Origin: an uncultured Eubacteriales bacterium
Lineage (GTDB): Bacteria; Bacillota; Clostridia; Lachnospirales; Lachnospiraceae
Length of the DNA: 64,000 nucleotides
Direction: 5' to 3'
Assembly (NCBI GenBank): GCA_900319795.1
Contig: ONPU01000007.1
Location: 8,763-72,762 of the forward strand
This document shows, piece after piece, positions 57,806 to 64,000 of this stretch. Below the pieces are notes generated by a model that was given only the letters and a program-made list of their open reading frames with translations, was not told the DNA's origin and did no database searches. Position 1 is the stretch's first letter. Every line of letters starts with the position of its first letter. Both the position numbers and the translations under genes were made by a program.

Positions 57806-58996
57806 TTACATTTTGAGCCACTCATCAAAGGCGTCAAGGTCCATTTTTCCCTGCCGGACCTCTTCCAGCTTCTGCTCCGCGATCGGACGCCATTTGTCGT
57901 AAAACTCCCGCGTCATAGTTCCCCGGCGTATTTTTTCGAGACGGGCACGATAGGCACGGTTGAACATGGCGTATGCGGGATCGGATTCCCTGGCCTTTTT
58001 CCCATACACACGGAAGCGACCAATTTCCGAGCAGAGCTTTCCATTGGAATTGGGAGCTACCCTGCTGCAATATTCAATATTGGACCGCTCGGGAATGAAA
58101 TAACGATGGCAGTTCCTGCACCGCTTGACGTGAATCCCGTCGAGGACCATACGATGGATCTCGTACTCCAAAAGACAAGTGAAGTCGCGGATCTGGTAGG
58201 TTATGACGTCACAGTCCTCATTGCCCTTTGTAAGCTTGATTAAATCTGTCAGGGATTTTGGCAGGTTTGCCTCCGGATCCCACATAAGAACATTCAGATC
58301 CTTATAAAGCTGGTCATAGAGGTCTTCGTTGAAATCCCATTCTGCACTCTTTGCTTTGAGTTTCTTTGGCATAGACGTGCTGAACTCTACCTCGATAGAA
58401 AAAACAGGATTATACTCGTTCTTCATTGCCACATGGCTGTACAGGACGGATCTGCGCTGCCTGTCGAGCCGGGCCAGTTCAGGATTCGTGTCATCAAGGG
58501 TCAGCATTACCCACAGGCGGATATCATATTGCAGGTTGTACAGGTAATCCAGGATGTGATCCTCTCCAGAGTCGATTTTGTTATCGAAAATGTTGTCCGG
58601 ATCTGTAAAGATGCTGTAGTCGGATACACAGAGTTTCATGAATAGATTTTTCTGTTCCAGTTCATCCATATCGCTGCAATGGCGTGTGATATATCCGGCA
58701 AAAATGCAGTTGAGCAGGAATGCGGCATTCTCCCTGCAGATAAGGAAGTATGGGTGCATCTGCTGTAATTCGCTGATAGCGGTGAGAAGGAGCTGTTTTC
58801 TCGGTTCTTTTCCACTGTCGATGCAGGACAGATATTCGATGAGGGGCTTTTCTGCTTTGGACAGATCGTATTCGACGAACTGCAGGAGACAGCTATGATT
58901 GGGAGGAATGAGCCGGTCCATGTTCACATACACAGGATCGACGTCACCGAATTGCGGATCCTCTTCTAATCCGATAGATAAAATGTTCTTAGGCAT
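57806..58996 (-). CDS. DUF6076-like protein with C-terminal Cys zinc-finger
   Basis: KRCRNCHRYF..IEYCSR..C..IG; GGAGGTG RBS; TTGACG-N17-TATATT promoter. Confidence 0.7.
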   Translation of the reverse strand: MPKNILSIGLEEDPQFGDVDPVYVNMDRLIPPNHSCLLQFVEYDLSKAEKPLIEYLSCIDSGKEPRKQLLLTAISELQQMHPYFLICRENAAFLLNCIFAGYITRHCSDMDELEQKNLFMKLCVSDYSIFTDPDNIFDNKIDSGEDHILDYLYNLQYDIRLWVMLTLDDTNPELARLDRQRRSVLYSHVAMKNEYNPVFSIEVEFSTSMPKKLKAKSAEWDFNEDLYDQLYKDLNVLMWDPEANLPKSLTDLIKLTKGNEDCDVITYQIRDFTCLLEYEIHRMVLDGIHVKRCRNCHRYFIPERSNIEYCSRVAPNSNGKLCSEIGRFRVYGKKARESDPAYAMFNRAYRARLEKIRRGTMTREFYDKWRPIAEQKLEEVRQGKMDLDAFDEWLKM

Positions 58997-59376
58997 ATTG
59001 CACCTCCGTGGACAATGTGGATATACATAATATATCACATAGATAAGTCCACGTCAAGACGGAATGCCTGGATGGAGCGGCAAAAAATAGAGGACAATGT
59101 GAAATATCGAAAAATTTACATAAGGAATGGACACTGTGGTTGATAGAGAAATCGTGTCGTTATAAAATTGTTGGAAGCGGCCTGTATTGAACAGAAACGG
59201 TCGTAATGCTGGAATGAACCCATAAGCAGTCCGTTTTTTCGGGCAGCTTCTTTGATATTGTTATGATCCCCCGAGCAGGAATAGCAGATTACGGGGAGAG
59301 GTGAAATTGGTGAAAAGCAGATACTTGAGCCTCGGTCCGGTTGAGATCGACGGTGTTAAGGAAGAGATTGTCAGAT

Positions 59377-60141
59377 ATGAAAAGCTCCCCTCCCCGTGCT
59401 GATAAAGCTGGCAAATATTCGAGTCGGGACAGCTTCCTTCTGAATGACGGTAGATATGTCTACCGGGATTGTGACGATGAAGACAAGCCTCATGGCAAGC
59501 CGTTCTTTTACCATGTGATAGAAATAACTGATCCGAAACTCCTGGAATGCCTGGAATGTCTGGATTACTTCGACCACCAGGAAGAAAAAAAGAACAGGAA
59601 GGAACGTGAGGCTCTCAGCTATAAGCATTTGAATTACAAGAAACGGGAAGACGATGGTGATGATGATGCGATGGATCCGATTGAAGAGGAATTATATAAA
59701 CTTTTCCAGTACGAAGATGACTCGCGGAAAACAAAGCCGCTTCCTTTGCCATCAGAGTATTGCGTTATCAAATGCGCTATCCAGCAGATGACCCCGGCAG
59801 ACCAGCGTGTATTCGAGATGGGATATGACAGTTTCCTATCGGACATGGAGATCAAGAGAATATATGACCTGGAGCATAGCGCGTGGTCGAACGAAAAGAA
59901 GCGTTTCCAGGAAAAGCTGAGGAACCTCTTCGTCGCGTTAGGCTACGACGTTCCGAAGCTTCCGACCGAAGAGGAATTGGATCAGGAAGAACAAAAAGCA
60001 CAGGAGTATCAGGAAGAATACGAGAAAGCCATCGCACAGATGGAAGAAGCGGAAGCAATCGAGATAGAAGCGAAAGAGATAAGGCGGGAACTCTGGGAGC
60101 AGGAAAACCATAGCAGGGGGAGGAAAAATAGGCGGAGATAA
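59377..60141 (+). CDS. hypothetical protein with sigma-70 region-4-like HTH (mobile-element type)
   Basis: AIQQMTPADQRVFEM..LSDMEI..AWSNEKKR. Confidence 0.55.
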   Translation: MKSSPPRADKAGKYSSRDSFLLNDGRYVYRDCDDEDKPHGKPFFYHVIEITDPKLLECLECLDYFDHQEEKKNRKEREALSYKHLNYKKREDDGDDDAMDPIEEELYKLFQYEDDSRKTKPLPLPSEYCVIKCAIQQMTPADQRVFEMGYDSFLSDMEIKRIYDLEHSAWSNEKKRFQEKLRNLFVALGYDVPKLPTEEELDQEEQKAQEYQEEYEKAIAQMEEAEAIEIEAKEIRRELWEQENHSRGRKNRRR

Positions 60142-60279
60142 TAGATCCGGCCGCTTCACTTGACGGAGATTTACCACAAATACCACTGATTTGCTGTCCA
60201 CGCAAATAATGTGAAGTCATATGCCTATCATTGTAAGCAGTAATTGTGCCCGGTAACACCGGGAGAAAGTGAGGGCGTT

Positions 60280-61974
60280 ATGACAAACGAAAGAAGTGGT
60301 ATCAGCAGGTACTGCGACACAGGATCCCTTAGGAGTTACCCGGAGGCGTTCCGATCCCTGCCGTTTTGCGTGTGGAAGATGGAGAGAGTGAACGGGCGCA
60401 TGACCAAGGTGCCTTATAATCCGAAGAGTGGGTTTAAGGCTGCGGCCGATAAGCCGGGGACCTTTTCAGATCTGGACACAGCATTAGACGCCATGGAGTC
60501 TGGAGGCTACAGCGGTGTCGGCATCAATATTTCCGGGAACATCGGATGTATTGACGTGGACAAGTGTGTCGGGGATGATGGAGGACTCTCGGAAACCGCA
60601 GAAAAGGTACTGGCTCTGTTCCCGGAGGCGTTTATTGAACTGTCTCCGTCTGGAACTGGCCTCCATCTGTATTTCCTCGTGCCTGAGAAATTCTTCTACG
60701 ATGCTGAGGACTACTACATCAACTGCGGGAAATATGGACTGGAAATCTATCTGCCCGGCGTCACAAAGCATTTCCTGACGGTCACGGGTAACACGTACCG
60801 CGAGGGTAATATGGACGTGACAGCATATGCGCTGGAGCAGTTCCGGGATCAGTTCATGAAGCGGCCTCAGCTGCAGCCTGTGGAAATCAGTCCTCCGGAA
60901 GAAGGCTCCGGCCTGACGGACGCAGAAGTCCTGCGGTTGTGCGCAAGCTCCCAGGGCGGACAGGCGTTCATCCGGTATTACCAGGGGGACTGGGAAAAAC
61001 CGGAGGACGTCAACTGGAGCCATTCCCATGCTGACCTTTCCGTGTGCCGCAGGCTTGCCTTTTTCTGCCACGGGGACATGGAGCAGATGGACCGGATTTT
61101 CCGGGACTCTGAGCTGATGCGGGATAAATGGGACCGTCCGCTGTCCGGCAGCACCTATGGGCGGGTGACAATGCAGAACGCCATCCGGGGCTGCACCAGC
61201 TTTTATGATCCGAACTATAGAACTCCGGCAGAGACGGAATTTGCGGAAGAAAGCATAGACACAGATGGGGCTGACGACGCAGAGGAAGCTTTTGATGCTA
61301 TGGAGACAGGGAGTGAAGCCCAGCGCCTGGACAGTTTCCTCACACGGGAACTGACCCTCAATGATATTATGTCCGCCGAATTTCTGGAACTGGCCATGTG
61401 GGCGAATCAAGAGGATCTGCCAAGGTATATGCAGGTGAAAGACAAGGTGCCGAAGAACCTGGGCATCCGCCGGTTTGAGCAGGAAATGAAGCGGCAGCAC
61501 CAGCGCAATCAGAAACAGGATTCAGCCAAAGCTGAAATGCTGGATCTTACCGGGCAGAAGACAAAGGGCATGATCGTGCCGGAACGCTGGATCGTGAATG
61601 ACAACGGGATCTGGCATTTTGAGATGGTATTCGGTGAACTGAAGCCGGTATCCATTTCTTTAGAACCTGTGTATGTCAGCGCAAAGGTGGTTAACGTGGA
61701 TAACAGGACGGAGAAGCTTGAAGTCACGTTCAGGCGCAACGGCAGTTATAAATCCCTGGTCGCCCCGAGGTCGGATCTTCTCAGCAAGAACGCGGTCATC
61801 AAATATGCGGACTTCGGATTTCCGGTGTCCTCTTCCAATGCAGCGCAGATGACAAAGTATCTCGCGGAGATGGAAGCGGTCAACAACCACGCGATCCCGG
61901 TAAAGCGCGGCATCAACCGCGCAGGATGGGTTGGAAACTGTAATGGGGTCTGGCACCAACGAGAGGGACATTGA
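60280..61974 (+). pseudogene. PrimPol (NrS-1-like primase-polymerase) plus DUF927 N-terminal part, 3'-truncated at a repeat
   Basis: KVPYNP, CIDVDKC, ELSPSGTGLH, LEIY, S.AD..LAF, RDKWDR; reading frame runs into GTAATGGGGTCTGGCACC right after the GW of DUF927; no helicase P-loop follows. Confidence 0.7.
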
Positions 61975-62137
61975 ACGTCACCGACACTAATGGTGAGGAT
62001 GGAAAGATTGTTCACAAAGGCCGTGGCGTCTATATTGACGTAATGGGGTCAGGCACCAAGAGGGGTCACCAATGAGGTGAATTTGGCCTTGAATAGATTC
62101 CGCAGTAAAGACAAAAGAAGACGAAGAGCTGCAAAAG

Positions 62138-62380
62138 ATGAGGCATGAGTATTGTGAAAAGAATGGAATAATGATTACATTTTCAGATGATGATGTTGCC
62201 TTTGAAGACCTTGAATCTGCGAAATCTATTTTCATCTCGAATGATGGAGTAATCATTCATAATAATTATTTTGATGATCCAGAAAAGACAAAGTTTTGTC
62301 TGGAGGACTTCAGAAGAATTTATCCGACTATTTGCTATTTTAGATCTCTTGAACAATGTAATGGGGCACCAACGACTTGA
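62138..62380 (+). CDS. hypothetical protein whose C-terminus is read through a repeat
   Basis: AT-rich ORF ending CNGAPTT, encoded by the motif copy at 62358. Confidence 0.45.
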   Translation: MRHEYCEKNGIMITFSDDDVAFEDLESAKSIFISNDGVIIHNNYFDDPEKTKFCLEDFRRIYPTICYFRSLEQCNGAPTT

Positions 62381-62401
62381 GAAGAAGATGGAGGTTCACT
62401 G

Positions 62402-62611
62402 ATGCATAAATATGAGAGAATTGTCTTCTGGTCAGAGGAGGATCAGGCATTTATAGTGGATGTACCAGAGCTTCCGGGCTGTATGGCAGACGGTGCAACC
62501 GTAGAAGAAGCAATTCAAAATGCGGAGAGAGTCATTACAGAGTGGTTGGAAATTGCCGCTGAAGAGGGACGGCCGATTCCGGAACCGAAAGGAAGATTAT
62601 TGTTTGCGTAA
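62402..62611 (+). CDS. hicB: short HicB-like antitoxin (orphan)
   Basis: WSEEDQAFIVDVPELPGCMADG.T.EEA..GRPIPEPKG; GGAGG RBS. Confidence 0.85.
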   Translation: MHKYERIVFWSEEDQAFIVDVPELPGCMADGATVEEAIQNAERVITEWLEIAAEEGRPIPEPKGRLLFA

Positions 62612-62796
62612 TGGGGTCACCTGGCCGATATCAAGTAACAGCACCAACCACATTTCACTAAACTCAAACTGCGGCAGCGCACAAACAGCGCCTTGCCGCA
62701 GTTCTTTTTGAAATGAAGACATAGAGATAGTATAATAAAGACAACGCTGTGATTTATAGCATCAATAAGCCGGGAAGGAGGTCGATCGCCGTGAGC

Positions 62797-64000
62797 ATGA
62801 AAATGGCAGTCGGAGGCGAGTTTTTCGATCGGATCCGACAAAATGGCAGCTACTATGTAGATAAGACGGAATTGCTTTATGAGCTGGTGCACGAAACGGA
62901 TAATACGGTCACCTTGTTTACCCGCCCGCGCCGTTTCGGGAAGACGCTCATGATGAGTATGATTGAGCATTTTTTCGATATTCGCCGGAACAGTAAAGAA
63001 TTGTTTGAGGGTCTGGCGATCTCAAAACATGAGGAGTTTTGCACGGAATGGATGAATCAGTATCCGGTGTTGTTCATTACGCTGAAGGATGCGGAAGGGC
63101 TGACGTTTCAGAATGCTTATGCAAAGCTGAAAAATATAATTGCCGACGTGTGCAAAAAACATGAATATCTTGAAGACAGCGGAAAGATCAATTATGGAGA
63201 TCGGACTATATTTGAAAATCTGATGCTGAACAGAGCGTCGGACTATGAGGTTCAAAATTCCCTTTTGATCCTTTCCCGCATGATGTCAGCGCACTACGGC
63301 AAGCCGGTCATCCTTCTGATTGACGAATATGATGTGCCGCTTGCAAAGGCAAATGAAGAGAAGGAGGCCGGCGAACGCTATTATCCTCAGATGCTGGAAG
63401 TAATCCGAGGCATGTTGAGCACGGCTTTGAAATCAAATGATTTCTTGAAATTCGCAGTCGTGACCGGGTGCCTCAGGATTGCGAAGGAGAGCATTTTCAC
63501 AGGCGTCAATAATTTTGCCTCCTATTCCGTGATGGATGAAAAATTCAGCAGCTATTTCGGATTTACACAAAGAGAGATCGACAGACTGCTTAAGGACGCG
63601 GATCTGGAGGACAAGCGGGAGATCTTTAAGGAATGGTATGACGGATACAGCTTCGGAAGTGAGGCGGTCTACTGTCCGTGGGATGTCGTGAATTACACGG
63701 CAGATCTTTTATATAAAAAGACTGCAAGGCCGAAGAATTACTGGAGGAATTCCAGCGGCAATGGCATTATCAGGGATTTTGTAGAACGGAAGGAGTTCCG
63801 TGTAAAACCGAAATTTGAAGTTCTGATGAATGGCGGGTCAATTGTGCAGACCATTTCTGATGAACTGACATATGATAGTCTGCATGAGTCAGAAGAGAAT
63901 CTGTGGAGTGTTCTTCTGATGACTGGATATTTGACAAAGGCCAATCCAGAGGAAGACAGCAGTGAGGTTGCGCTGAAGATTCCGAATAGGGAAATCGCAG
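62797..64000 (+). CDS. AAA-ATPase-like protein (usually fused to a PD-(D/E)XK nuclease), partial at window end
   Basis: Manual translation: YYVDKT, TRPRRFGKTLMMSM, LIDEYDVPL, TGCLRIAKESIF, WYDGY; GGAAGGAGG RBS. Confidence 0.85.
   Translation, partial: MKMAVGGEFFDRIRQNGSYYVDKTELLYELVHETDNTVTLFTRPRRFGKTLMMSMIEHFFDIRRNSKELFEGLAISKHEEFCTEWMNQYPVLFITLKDAEGLTFQNAYAKLKNIIADVCKKHEYLEDSGKINYGDRTIFENLMLNRASDYEVQNSLLILSRMMSAHYGKPVILLIDEYDVPLAKANEEKEAGERYYPQMLEVIRGMLSTALKSNDFLKFAVVTGCLRIAKESIFTGVNNFASYSVMDEKFSSYFGFTQREIDRLLKDADLEDKREIFKEWYDGYSFGSEAVYCPWDVVNYTADLLYKKTARPKNYWRNSSGNGIIRDFVERKEFRVKPKFEVLMNGGSIVQTISDELTYDSLHESEENLWSVLLMTGYLTKANPEEDSSEVALKIPNREIA

Larger units (their letters stand above)
61940..62621 (+). 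repeat. four direct copies of a GTAATGGGG(TCWGG)CACC(AA) motif separating gene fragments
   Basis: Copies start at 61940, 62040, 62358 and 62608. Confidence 0.8.

Noticed and set aside
61940-62621. Classical integron attC array
   Set aside because: No integron integrase, no RYYYAAC/GTTRRRY boxes, and the segments are mostly gene fragments; kept as a non-canonical finding instead.

Overview
Chromosomal window from a moderately GC-rich anaerobic Firmicute; the gene content suggests a Lachnospiraceae/Clostridiales gut or rumen organism (inference). 1-29 kb is mostly housekeeping: XRE-cupin-acyl-CoA synthetase plus a Vor-type 2-oxoacid:ferredoxin oxidoreductase operon, AlaX, class III FBPase, metF-fhs-fchA-folD, an FRG protein, GH94, thrS, GH32, rrf2/iscS/iscU, tadA, and a small alarmone synthetase with a two-component system. 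29-39 kb is a type IV pilus cluster (four pilin-like genes, pilB/T/C/D/M/N/O). It is followed by hicAB and a ~5,380-aa surface protein. 57-64 kb is a decayed mobile-element-like region (LexA-like, DUF6076-like, sigma-R4-like, truncated PrimPol/DUF927, orphan HicB, AAA-ATPase). The most notable non-coding signal is about 20 copies of 31-bp REP-like hairpins. They fall into at least two sequence families that share an identical 7-3-5-1-5-3-7 geometry, form an in-register chimera, often start at stop codons, and are inserted in frame in one membrane protein. At 61.9-62.6 kb a variant of the same core joins unrelated gene fragments into a cassette- or scar-like array. Also present: a 6x53-bp tandem hairpin array, a ~255-nt rod-like palindrome, and an SH3b protein with a double-glycine-type leader. 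No CRISPR-Cas, tRNA, rRNA, integrase or transposase was recognised.
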